From: Halomicronema hongdechloris C2206
Lineage (GTDB): Bacteria; Cyanobacteriota; Cyanobacteriia; Phormidesmidales; Phormidesmidaceae
Length of the DNA stretch: 32,000 nucleotides
NCBI RefSeq assembly: GCF_002075285.3
Contig: NZ_CP021983.2
Location: forward strand, 1,560,001-1,592,000
Direction: 5' to 3'
Shown piece by piece: positions 17,421 through 25,436 of this stretch (position 1 is its first letter; each line of letters begins with the position of its first letter). Under the pieces are notes generated by a model. It made no database searches and had not been told where the DNA came from. It saw nothing but the letters and a program-made list of their open reading frames with translations. The translations under genes and the position numbers were made by a program.

Positions 17421-18893
17421 ATGAAGATCCCCCTTGACCGTCAGGCGGCGGAGCCGGTTTATCTGCAGATTCGCAATTCTATCAGCCATCTGATTCAATC
17501 GGGAGGGCTGAAGCCAGGGGATCGATTGCCGTCGATTCGTCAGATGGCCCATACCGCTAATGTCAATAAGTTGACGGTGATTGAAGCCTACAGTGTGTTG
17601 GAGGCGGATGGGTTGATCCAGGCGCGCCAGGGAGCTGGATTTTTTATCAATCCACCGGCTCGCAGCCAACCTAAGCGCCCGTCTACGTTTGCGCCAGCGC
17701 AGCAGGTGATTATTCCCAATGGCCATGCCACTTCGTTTCTAGAGATCAGCGACGCCATCCTGCAAGCGGAATCCCAACCGGATATCATTAAATTCAGCAG
17801 CGGCTTTCCTCAACCTACTGGGCTTGACGATCTGCAGCGAATTGCTCGGCGAGCTGTCAAACGGGCGGCGGAGCGGCTCTTTAGCCATAATCATCCCCAG
17901 GGCGATCCTACCCTGCGGGACCAGATTGCCCAGTTACTGGTGCAATTGGGACTGCCGGTTACCCCTGATAATTTGCTGATCACTAATGGTTCTATGCAGG
18001 CCCTATCCTTGGTGCTGCAGCTGCTGCTGCAACCGGGGGACTGGGTGGTGGTGGAATCACCTACGTTCCATGGCTTCCTATCGTTACTGCGGCAGGTGGG
18101 AGCCCAGATCATCGGCATTCCCATGACTACGTCGGGCATGAACCTGGAACTGCTGGAGCAATATCTGCAGAGCCATCGACCTAAGCTAATCTACACCATT
18201 AGTACTCAGCATAATCCCACGGGCATCACCACGGATTTGGCCCATCGCCGGCAGTTGATCGATTTGGCTGAGCAGTATGACTGCTTGATCTTGGAAGATA
18301 ATGCCTACGAGTGGTTGAGTTTTGGGCCGACACCACCGCCGATTAAGGCTCTAGATCGATGCAATAGTCAAGGATCGGCCCTGAAGGGCCATCGCATCCT
18401 ATACTTCGGCACCTTTTCTAAGACCCTGATGCCAGCCCTGCGGGTGGGCTATGCCGTCATCACCGGTCCCCTCTATACCCCCTTAGTGGAACGCAAGCTG
18501 CTCCACGACTTCCACGTGTCGATCATGTCCCAGGCCATCATCAGCGAATACCTAGCCACCGGCCATTACCGGCGGCGCCTTAACCTACTGCGGGCTATGA
18601 ACCAGCAAAATCGAGACGTGATGCTAAAAGCCCTAGAGACCCACTTTCCGGCAGAAGCCTCCTGGACCACTCCCCAGGGAGGCTTATTTCTGTGGATTCA
18701 GCTGCCCCCCCAGACAAATCTGGCTGCCCTCGCTCAGGCGGCCCTGCACCACAGACTATTGCTGGGCACTGGCACCGCCTTCTTCGCCGATCAACGGGGG
18801 TACCCCGCCCTACGGCTGAGTTTCGCCCAACCGCCAGAGGTGATCGAGCAGGGCATCGCTACCTTGGGGCAATTGCTGAAGCAGCAGTGCTAA
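17421..18893 (+). CDS. MocR/GabR-type regulator (GntR HTH fused to a PLP-dependent aminotransferase-like domain)
   Basis: The N-terminal winged helix (PVYLQIRNSISHLIQSGGLKPGDRLPSIRQMAHTANVNKLTVIEAYSVLEADGLI) is followed by a fold-type-I aminotransferase-like domain (SPTFHGF, HNPTGIT, FGTFSKTLMPALRVGY). I favour the ATG at 17421; the ORF track starts at GTG 17415. Confidence 0.9.
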   Translation: MKIPLDRQAAEPVYLQIRNSISHLIQSGGLKPGDRLPSIRQMAHTANVNKLTVIEAYSVLEADGLIQARQGAGFFINPPARSQPKRPSTFAPAQQVIIPNGHATSFLEISDAILQAESQPDIIKFSSGFPQPTGLDDLQRIARRAVKRAAERLFSHNHPQGDPTLRDQIAQLLVQLGLPVTPDNLLITNGSMQALSLVLQLLLQPGDWVVVESPTFHGFLSLLRQVGAQIIGIPMTTSGMNLELLEQYLQSHRPKLIYTISTQHNPTGITTDLAHRRQLIDLAEQYDCLILEDNAYEWLSFGPTPPPIKALDRCNSQGSALKGHRILYFGTFSKTLMPALRVGYAVITGPLYTPLVERKLLHDFHVSIMSQAIISEYLATGHYRRRLNLLRAMNQQNRDVMLKALETHFPAEASWTTPQGGLFLWIQLPPQTNLAALAQAALHHRLLLGTGTAFFADQRGYPALRLSFAQPPEVIEQGIATLGQLLKQQC

Positions 18894-18911
18894 CCCCGGC
18901 GCTCATCCTCC

Positions 18912-20387
18912 CTAGTTGCCGCCGATGGCATTGGCCCAATCCTTAGCCCAGGCCAGATAGGCGTGCACCGCCTCCAGGGTCGAGGCTTCGCTGTAGAGGC
19001 GCAACACCGGCTCGGTGCCGCTGAAGCGAATCAGCAACCAGCTGCCGTCCTCCAGGATAAATTTATAGCCATCGATGGTGAGACACTCGCTGACGGCCTT
19101 GCCGGCGATGTCTTGGGGGGTCTGGCTTTGCAGAGAGTCTAATAATTTCGCCCGCACGTCCATGTTGGCCAGGGGCAGATCGATGCGATCGTAGGCTGAA
19201 GTGAAGCCGGTTTTCTCCTGCAGGGTCCGGTATAGATCGCTGAGATCGAGGCCGGACATGACCACGGCTTCCAAGACATAGAGCGCCGAGAGCAGGGCAT
19301 CCCGTTCAGGAATGTGATGGCCGTAACCAATGCCTCCCGATTCTTCCCCGCCGAGCAGCACGGAGCTTTCTAACATGCGATCGGCGATGTACTTATAGCC
19401 AATGGGTGTTTCGTGCAGGGACAAGCCGTAGAGGTTGGCCAGGGCCGGAATCAGGTTGGAGCCACTGATGGTCTTCACTACCTCCCCTTGATACCCTCGC
19501 CGGGCGGTAAGATGCTCAATCAAAATCGGAATCAGCACTTGGGAGCTCAAGAACTTGCCGCTACCGTCCACTGCCGCGATGCGATCGCTATCCCCATCAA
19601 ACACTAGCCCCACCGTGCACCCATTTTCTAGGGGCGGTTGATGGTTGGCCACCGTCTGCAGCAAGTCTGCAATATATTTAGGCAGCGGTTCCGGAGCTCC
19701 CCCTTCAAAGGTTGGATCAGCCGAGCCATTCAGTTCCTGAACCAGGCCGTCACCCAGCAACTTAGATAATCCCCCCGACGCTGCCCCGTGCATCACATCG
19801 GCAAACAAAGTCACCTGCCCACTGGAGAGGGATTTTTGAATTGCTTCAACATCAACGCAACTGCGTAGCGCCTGGCAATAATTCGGCCAGGGATCAAACA
19901 AAGACAGGGATCCCTTGTGCTCAGCCATGGGCGAGGGCTGCTCCAACTGCGTCTCCACCTGTTGGGTAATCTCTGGCGGCACTGACCCACCAAAAGCGCC
20001 CTTGATCTTGACGCCGGAATAGATAGCAGGATTGTGACTGGCTGTAATTACTAATGCTCCTAAGGCCTCTTGGTGTCTAGCGGCCCAGCTAAATGCCGGG
20101 GTTGGAGCATAGGTTTTCGACAAGAGTACGTTATACCCTGCCTGGGTGACAGCTTCGGCTGCCACGCGGGCAAATTCGGGAGACAGAAACCGTCGATCAT
20201 AACCGATGATGATGGTGGACTGGGCCGTCTTGTCACCGTAGCAACTAGCCAGCACGTGGGCGGCGGCACTAGCCACCTGAGCCAACCGTTCAAAGGTAAA
20301 GTCAGCAGCAATGATGCCCCGCCAACCATCAGTGCCAAACCGAATAGGATTGGGTTTAAACGCAGCCAAAGAGGGAGCGGCAGTCAT
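18912..20387 (-). CDS. Alpha-D-phosphohexomutase (phosphoglucomutase/phosphomannomutase family)
   Basis: Contains the FGTDGWRG start, the active-site serine loop TASHNPAIYSGVK, the metal loop FDGDSDR and the sugar loop GGEESGG. Confidence 0.9.
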   Translation of the reverse strand: MTAAPSLAAFKPNPIRFGTDGWRGIIAADFTFERLAQVASAAAHVLASCYGDKTAQSTIIIGYDRRFLSPEFARVAAEAVTQAGYNVLLSKTYAPTPAFSWAARHQEALGALVITASHNPAIYSGVKIKGAFGGSVPPEITQQVETQLEQPSPMAEHKGSLSLFDPWPNYCQALRSCVDVEAIQKSLSSGQVTLFADVMHGAASGGLSKLLGDGLVQELNGSADPTFEGGAPEPLPKYIADLLQTVANHQPPLENGCTVGLVFDGDSDRIAAVDGSGKFLSSQVLIPILIEHLTARRGYQGEVVKTISGSNLIPALANLYGLSLHETPIGYKYIADRMLESSVLLGGEESGGIGYGHHIPERDALLSALYVLEAVVMSGLDLSDLYRTLQEKTGFTSAYDRIDLPLANMDVRAKLLDSLQSQTPQDIAGKAVSECLTIDGYKFILEDGSWLLIRFSGTEPVLRLYSEASTLEAVHAYLAWAKDWANAIGGN

Positions 20388-20528
20388 AATCCGTAGATAG
20401 TTATGTGAGACGACAGTAAATCGGCTGCCATGAGTCTATCGGGTGATTTGCGCCCTACACCAGCCCTTCCTTGACATCTCATGGAGAATTTATAAGCAGG
20501 CCATAAATATGTAGGCTACTCTGACGCT

Positions 20529-21020
20529 CTAAAGTTGCAATCCTTCCAGGACAAATGAGCTCTTTGATTCCAACACCAGGCGATAGATGCCAGCGACATT
20601 AATTGATATCTTTTGCAAGCAGGCGGGTTGAGGTGGGCAATTTGCAGAGGCCGCTTCGGTAAAGGATAGGGCCAGGCAATGGCCGTCCCGATCCAGGGCA
20701 CTGAGATGAATGCTCTGGTAGCCTCGCACCCACACCGTGGCCTGATCTACTGGCGCTTGTAAGTTGATGGCAATGGTGCGGCGGCTAGGCACTACGACCA
20801 GTTTCTGTGCTCCCTCAATAAAACTGGAGTTAGACGGCAAAATAACGATGGCACCATCGAAGCACAGTCCCCACTCATGAAATTGATGGGTTACTCGCTC
20901 AAAGGGAGCCAATCGATGAAACTCTATGAGACGAGGAGATGGGATGGGCAAAGGGGTCGCCCTTCGATTAGCCAGCTCGAGGGTAGGTGGATTAGCTGAA
21001 GGAAGACTAGGAGAAAACAC
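20529..21020 (-). CDS. Hypothetical protein
   Basis: A 163-codon ORF with a GTG start and no competing ORF. I recognise no motif. Confidence 0.45.
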   Translation of the reverse strand: MFSPSLPSANPPTLELANRRATPLPIPSPRLIEFHRLAPFERVTHQFHEWGLCFDGAIVILPSNSSFIEGAQKLVVVPSRRTIAINLQAPVDQATVWVRGYQSIHLSALDRDGHCLALSFTEAASANCPPQPACLQKISINVAGIYRLVLESKSSFVLEGLQL

Positions 21021-21332
21021 GGTAGGTTGCCCTGAATCCTGCTGGTATTGATGGTGAGACAGCGTACTATTGTGTGCAAATCACGCGTGAGTGTGACAGC
21101 CTCAGTTCAGCGCTAGTGCTGCCAAAACTAGCCGTTGTCGGTAATCGAGCAAGGTTACACTGGAATCTGAAAGATCTGCCCTTGGTTCATCCGGAACTCT
21201 CCAGACAACCATGAAGAGCTTCTTATCTACCTAAGGATTCTGCTATCTCGGTTGGGTTCCGGACACTTTTGCAGGAAGTTGTCGTCGCCTCTGAGTAAGC
21301 ACAGGCTTCTGTGCTAGTCTGAATATGCATTA

Positions 21333-21406
21333 CGGGATGTAGCGCAGTTTGGTAGCGCACTTCGTTCGGGACGAAGGGGCCGTGGGTTCGAATCCCGCCA
21401 TCCCGA
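21333..21406 (+). tRNA. tRNA-Pro (anticodon CGG)
   Basis: Cloverleaf checked by hand: acceptor CGGGATG/CATCCCG, D stem GCGC/GCGC, anticodon stem CTTCG/CGAAG with loop TTCGGGA (CGG followed by G37), T stem GTGGG/CCCGC with loop TTCGAAT, discriminator A. No CCA is encoded. Confidence 0.95.
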
Positions 21407-21592
21407 TTTCTAGCCCTGGTTATCCGGCCCTGGGGCCGTGGCTAAGCCTGCGGCACGCTGCGCTACGACTCCCGCCATCGGTGATTTCTAGCCCTGGTTA
21501 TCCGGCCCTGGGGCCGTGGCTAAGCCTGCGGCACGCTGCGCTACGACTCCCGCCATCGGTGATTTCTAGCCCTGGTTATCCGGCCCTGGGGC
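21406..21592. repeat. 78-bp tandem repeat, 2.4 copies, starting at the tRNA-Pro discriminator base
   Basis: The units at 21406-21483 and 21484-21561 are identical, and a partial third unit spans 21562-21592. Each unit ends in TCCCGCCATC, which is also the tRNA T-arm/acceptor 3' sequence at 21393-21402. Confidence 0.95.
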
Positions 21593-21594
21593 TG

Positions 21595-22041
21595 CTATGG
21601 CGAGGCTGTTGGTGGCATCCGATTGGAGCGTATCTGCTCAACCGGGATGTTCAAGGTTTCGGTTAGCTTAATCACATTAGCTGTAAGCTCGTTTAAGTCT
21701 TCAGAGAAGGTGACTGCACCAGCGGTAATGGTGCCGACTGCTGTGGCAACAGCAACTAACCGCTTCAGCCGTCGCCCAATGCGTTCAGGATCGGGTTCTG
21801 ACTTCTGCAGGCCGGCTTCCAAATCATCCATTAAGTCGAGAGCTTCGTCTTTGTGTTCGGCAAAGAAGGTTTGAGCTTGTTTGCGGAGGGTGGTGAGCAA
21901 GCGATTGATTTCATTGAGGTTAGCACCATAATTGTTGATGGTGCTGCCAACTTGGTCGCCGTGAACGTTTTTGGCAATAGCACCTGAAATTTCGGCACTC
22001 TGCAGATCGTACTTAGAGGCTTCAGACCTCCAACGGGCCAT
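21595..22041 (-). CDS. Hypothetical protein (cyanobacteria-type, helical)
   Basis: A 148-aa ORF. The N-terminal YDLQSAEISGAIAKNVHGDQVGSTINNYGANLNEINRLL resembles a motif I recall from many cyanobacterial hypothetical proteins, but this is unverified. Confidence 0.55.
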   Translation of the reverse strand: MARWRSEASKYDLQSAEISGAIAKNVHGDQVGSTINNYGANLNEINRLLTTLRKQAQTFFAEHKDEALDLMDDLEAGLQKSEPDPERIGRRLKRLVAVATAVGTITAGAVTFSEDLNELTANVIKLTETLNIPVEQIRSNRMPPTASP

Positions 22042-22145
22042 ATTCCTGCCAGAACAACTACCTCAAAATAAACTGGAGGCTGTGGCTCAGTTGCTGGAGA
22101 CTTTAACCGGAGCCAACCTCCCAAAGCGTAGCGAATGCCGAAGAG

Positions 22146-22328
22146 GTGCACTTTCTAGAACTTATACAGCATCGTCTGCCAGAAGTAGATCCAGCCCGAC
22201 TGAATGAACTGCGCTGCTACATTGAGCAAGTTAGGTCAGGCTTGCCGACCTTGTGGCTGGAACAATCAATCCCACCAATAGGACACAATGATGGCATTCC
22301 GATCTTGCTTAGAGGTTTTGCCCGTTAG
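22146..22328 (+). CDS. Possible 60-aa ORF (GTG start), function unknown
   Basis: The only support is an open frame in an otherwise unassigned 290-bp gap. An adjacent frame (21971-22207) also has protein-like sequence, so this may be a frameshifted remnant. Confidence 0.2.
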   Translation: MHFLELIQHRLPEVDPARLNELRCYIEQVRSGLPTLWLEQSIPPIGHNDGIPILLRGFAR

Positions 22329-22334
22329 AGAGTA

Positions 22335-23000
22335 ATGTCTACCGAACACCCGATGTTGCGTCGGGCATTCAGTTGCCACGATCTAAATAGGCTGCAACTA
22401 TCTGTTTCCATGACTTCCCATCTCCACACACACACCCTTCGCAATACCCTGGCCACCCTAGCAACGGGGTCGGTCCTGCTGGTCGGCGGGGCATATGGTG
22501 CCGATAGCGCCGTCGCTTCCCCGGAGACTGCGGTGCGAATCGCCCAAGCCGAGGTAATTCCCGCCAGCAGCATTCAGCAGCAAACCCTCTATCTCAACAA
22601 TGATCGGGCCTATTCCTACAACCTGGAAGTGGAACAGGGGGTGACGGTAAATGGTCGGTATTTGCCGCCTGGGGCCGAGATTCAGGGGCAATATGTGCCG
22701 GCTGAGGGTGGCCTGCGCTACGAGGCCAATGCTGTCATCATTGATGGCCGCAGCTATCCCCTCAATGCCACCTCAGGGGTGCTCACGGATATCAAAGACC
22801 CCCGCGATACTGACACAGGTGCGATCGCAGAAGATGCCGGCATCGGTGCCGCCGGCGGGCTAGTGCTGGGAGAAGTACTAGGGGACGCCGACCTAGCTGA
22901 GATCCTGGGTGGGGCCGCCGCTGGGGCCGCCGTCGGTAATGTCACCGCCGATCGCGTCGTCGTGGTGAAACCAAATGACCCCATTAATCTGTATCCATAG
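22335..23000 (+). CDS. Secreted or membrane-associated hypothetical protein with a C-terminal glycine-zipper segment
   Basis: A signal-peptide-like stretch starts at Met 22410 (MTSHLHTHTLRNTLATLATGSVLLVGGAYGA). The C-terminus has a Gly/Ala zipper (GIGAAGGLVLGEVLG...GGAAAGAAVGNV). The start is either 22335 or 22410. Confidence 0.6.
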   Translation: MSTEHPMLRRAFSCHDLNRLQLSVSMTSHLHTHTLRNTLATLATGSVLLVGGAYGADSAVASPETAVRIAQAEVIPASSIQQQTLYLNNDRAYSYNLEVEQGVTVNGRYLPPGAEIQGQYVPAEGGLRYEANAVIIDGRSYPLNATSGVLTDIKDPRDTDTGAIAEDAGIGAAGGLVLGEVLGDADLAEILGGAAAGAAVGNVTADRVVVVKPNDPINLYP

Positions 23001-23018
23001 GGTGCAGCAGCGATTCCC

Positions 23019-23696
23019 TCAAGCTTCTGCATCACCCCGCTGACGACAAATATGACGAGCAGGCACCCCAACCGCCGTGCAATGGGCCGGCACATCCCGC
23101 AACACCACGGCACCGGCCCCAATGCGGGCAAAGTCGCCAATATGGATGTTGCCCAGAACCTTGGCGCCTGCCCCCACCACCACATGGCAGCCCAGGGTGG
23201 GATGGCGTTTGCCCAGGTCCTTGCCGGTACCGCCTAGGGTCACGCCCTGGTAGATCAGAGCATGGTCGCCAACCACTGCCGTCTCACCGATGACAACCCC
23301 CATACCATGGTCAATCACCACACCACGACCAAGACAAGCCCCGGGGTGAATCTCAATTCCCGTCAGCCACCGCACTCCGTGAGATATCAATCTGGGGAGC
23401 AACGACAAACGACGGCGAAACAGCCAATGGGCCAGCCGATAACCGGCCAGGGCATGCAGCCCTGGCGAGCACAGCAACACCTCTAACCAGTGGCGAGCCG
23501 CCGGGTCACACGCAAAGATGGCTCGGAAGTCAGCGATCAGCGCCGCAACTAGGTTGTCTCGAAGCCGCCAAGTTGCCGGGGATATGGTTGACGACCCTGC
23601 TGCCTGGCAAGGGGATCGCTTTCCTGGGGCTAGGGGAGCCCTGCGCAACTCTGCAACGGCAGCCTGAGTGGACACGGCACCACGAGACTTAGGCAC
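23019..23696 (-). CDS. cysE: Serine O-acetyltransferase
   Basis: A left-handed beta-helix hexapeptide region ([46 protein letters not shown]...[25 protein letters not shown]) follows a SATase-type N-domain ([29 protein letters not shown]). The ORF is open to 23894 but has no suitably placed in-frame ATG. GTG at 23696 is my best guess for the start. Confidence 0.8.
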   Translation of the reverse strand: MPKSRGAVSTQAAVAELRRAPLAPGKRSPCQAAGSSTISPATWRLRDNLVAALIADFRAIFACDPAARHWLEVLLCSPGLHALAGYRLAHWLFRRRLSLLPRLISHGVRWLTGIEIHPGACLGRGVVIDHGMGVVIGETAVVGDHALIYQGVTLGGTGKDLGKRHPTLGCHVVVGAGAKVLGNIHIGDFARIGAGAVVLRDVPAHCTAVGVPARHICRQRGDAEA

Positions 23697-23758
23697 AGAC
23701 AAGTGGAGACATCGGTAGGCTCCTGACAATGCTTCAGAGGAACGCTGTAAGCTGGCCG

Positions 23759-24166
23759 CTACACAATTACCTGGGCACCAATGATTAAAACCGCCGCCCA
23801 AGACACCAGATACGTCGGCGTCCGCAAGTAGGGAACACCCAGAATGTAAACGCTGGCATGAAACACCCTGGCCCAGAAAAAGACGGCCGCCCAAAGCGTC
23901 ACCACCGGGTTATTCCCATTCGTTAAATAGGCGGCCAGTACAACTGCTGCAAAGGCTGGCAGCGTTTCGACCATATTGAGATGGGCGCGTTGGGCTCGCT
24001 CGGCCCAGATCGGAATAGCGGGGACATCGGCGGGAAACTTCTTGCTGGGATAGTTGCTCACGAAGGCTGGGATTCCCCAAACAAACACGCGATTCAGAAT
24101 ATAGGGCACCCATAACAAAACGCACAACATGCCACTAGCCGCCAGATAAAATAATGTTAATTCCAT
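23759..24166 (-). CDS. MAPEG-family membrane protein (glutathione-transferase-like superfamily)
   Basis: 135 aa with four predicted helices. The [21 protein letters not shown] block is typical of bacterial MAPEG proteins. Confidence 0.8.
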   Translation of the reverse strand: MELTLFYLAASGMLCVLLWVPYILNRVFVWGIPAFVSNYPSKKFPADVPAIPIWAERAQRAHLNMVETLPAFAAVVLAAYLTNGNNPVVTLWAAVFFWARVFHASVYILGVPYLRTPTYLVSWAAVLIIGAQVIV

Positions 24167-24219
24167 GGTTCATCTCCTGAGTGATAAAAGAGTAGGCGGT
24201 TTCAACATCTTTTGATCAT

Positions 24220-24248
24220 GGCTGGGATTCGTCGTGTCAATCCCAGCC
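24220..24248 (-). other. Perfect 10-bp stem-loop between two co-oriented genes
   Basis: GGCTGGGATT, a 9-nt loop, then AATCCCAGCC. It lies 14 nt downstream of the stop of the 24262-24642 gene. No U-tract follows on the transcribed strand, so it is more likely an RNA-stability or processing element than a canonical terminator. Confidence 0.4.
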
Positions 24249-24261
24249 GTAAACCCTTGCT

Positions 24262-24642
24262 TCAATGGAGTGCCGTTGATTTAGGAACAGACCGATAATC
24301 GCTCAGCCCTACGGCGATTAGCACCGCCACGCCATTGGCCCAGAAAAATAGCCGCACAAAGCCATCAAAGCCAAACAAAACTGGAGCTAGTAAAAACGTC
24401 ACACTGGCCAAGGCATCTAAAAGCAAATGGACTTTGAAGGGAATCAAACGCTTCAGGCCGAGTCTATAATCTGTCAGCAGGCTATAGGTCAATAATGCCA
24501 GCCCAGCCCCTACAGAAAGCCCCAAGGCAATGACTGAGGTTGCTTTGAAGTTGGCAATCAGGGGAATCGTGATCAAGCCAAAGGCTCCGGCATAATCAAT
24601 GACTCCGTGCATAGAACTCGTAATCCAGCGAATGGTATTCAT
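24262..24642 (-). CDS. Small integral membrane protein, function unknown
   Basis: A 126-aa ORF with about 4 hydrophobic helices. It sits between the peroxiredoxin-like and MAPEG genes on the same strand. Confidence 0.65.
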   Translation of the reverse strand: MNTIRWITSSMHGVIDYAGAFGLITIPLIANFKATSVIALGLSVGAGLALLTYSLLTDYRLGLKRLIPFKVHLLLDALASVTFLLAPVLFGFDGFVRLFFWANGVAVLIAVGLSDYRSVPKSTALH

Positions 24643-24742
24643 GATCAGTCTCCATTGACATTAACTAGGGAAAGCTGTCAGGTAATACGCCTGATGACAA
24701 AGCCGTCGTGAACCTGAGACGGCATCGATTGAATCTGCCAAT

Positions 24743-25282
24743 CTATTCCGTTCCTCGAAATGGGTAATTTCGAGGAATGATGTATTCCAAACCCTGCAAC
24801 AGAAACTCAAAACTGACGCGAGAGAAGGGATGGGTGCCAATATTGGCATAGTAAAGTCGGCCATCTGGCTTCACCAGAAACAAGGCCGGTTCACTAAATA
24901 GTGCCGGTTCTTGCTTAAAATGGCCGCGGCTCAAATACAGGCCCCATCGACGCATGTCCTCTGGCGCTAAGCCATAGCCAATGGTCAAAGTCTCAATCTT
25001 GGCTGTTTCTTGCAACTGTTTTGCCCGGTCATAGGTATCGCCACTGACGGCTATGACCGTGACTCCCAATTGGCTGAACGCCTCGAGGGCCTGATCTAAG
25101 TCAGCCAAATACTGCTGGCAAATGGGGCAATGAAGTCCCCTGTAAAAGACAATAAGCGTATAATTTTCAGGGCGTTGGTCGCTCAATTTCCAATGACTGC
25201 CATCAACTGTGTCAACAGCTAAGTTTGGCGCCAAATGCCCCATCAGTAACTTGGGTGAGATTGCGTTTTCAGATGTCAGCAT
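24743..25282 (-). CDS. Peroxiredoxin-like (AhpC/TSA-redoxin fold) protein
   Basis: A thioredoxin-fold motif (LIVFYRGLHCPICQQYLADL) with a CPxC active site. The 179-aa length is typical of this family. Confidence 0.85.
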   Translation of the reverse strand: MLTSENAISPKLLMGHLAPNLAVDTVDGSHWKLSDQRPENYTLIVFYRGLHCPICQQYLADLDQALEAFSQLGVTVIAVSGDTYDRAKQLQETAKIETLTIGYGLAPEDMRRWGLYLSRGHFKQEPALFSEPALFLVKPDGRLYYANIGTHPFSRVSFEFLLQGLEYIIPRNYPFRGTE

Positions 25283-25389
25283 CGCTCTACAGGTTGGCCT
25301 TAATTCATGTCATTTCTGCGGCAACAACCAACTGAATTTATAGTTGTGTTGCCGTTGGTGATGTCCCTATGGTGCGACAGGCTAATCTA

Positions 25390-25410
25390 TTCATCAAGGC
25401 TATATTGATG
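25390..25410. promoter_or_regulatory. Dyad-symmetric candidate LysR-type binding site
   Basis: TCATCAA, a 7-nt spacer, then TTGATGA (perfect). The flanks extend the symmetry imperfectly (TCTATTCATCAA / TTGATGATAGA). It ends 27 nt before the LysR ATG. A second dyad, CGGCAACA (25319-25326) and TGTTGCCG (25347-25354), lies nearer the divergent gene. Confidence 0.35.
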
Positions 25411-25436
25411 ATAGAAGTTATAGGCGTCGACTATAG

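Noticed and set aside
17373-17788. Minus-strand ORFs of 117 and 66 aa overlapping the MocR 5' end
   Set aside because: They run antisense to a strongly supported regulator gene and are Arg-rich shadow frames.
21406-21592. Possible CRISPR array
   Set aside because: The units are contiguous with no unique spacers. There are only 2.4 copies, the period is 78 bp, and no cas genes are present in the window.
21349-21666. A 105-aa plus-strand ORF encoding a repeated 26-aa peptide (ISSPGYPALGPWLSLRHAALRLPPSV)
   Set aside because: It starts inside the tRNA-Pro gene, and its periodicity only reflects the 78-bp DNA tandem repeat (78 = 26 x 3). It has no independent coding support.
22754-23185. A 143-aa minus-strand ORF spanning the glycine-zipper gene's 3' end and the cysE 3' end
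   Set aside because: It overlaps two better-supported genes and gives an Ala/Pro/Ser-rich antisense translation of the Gly/Ala zipper.
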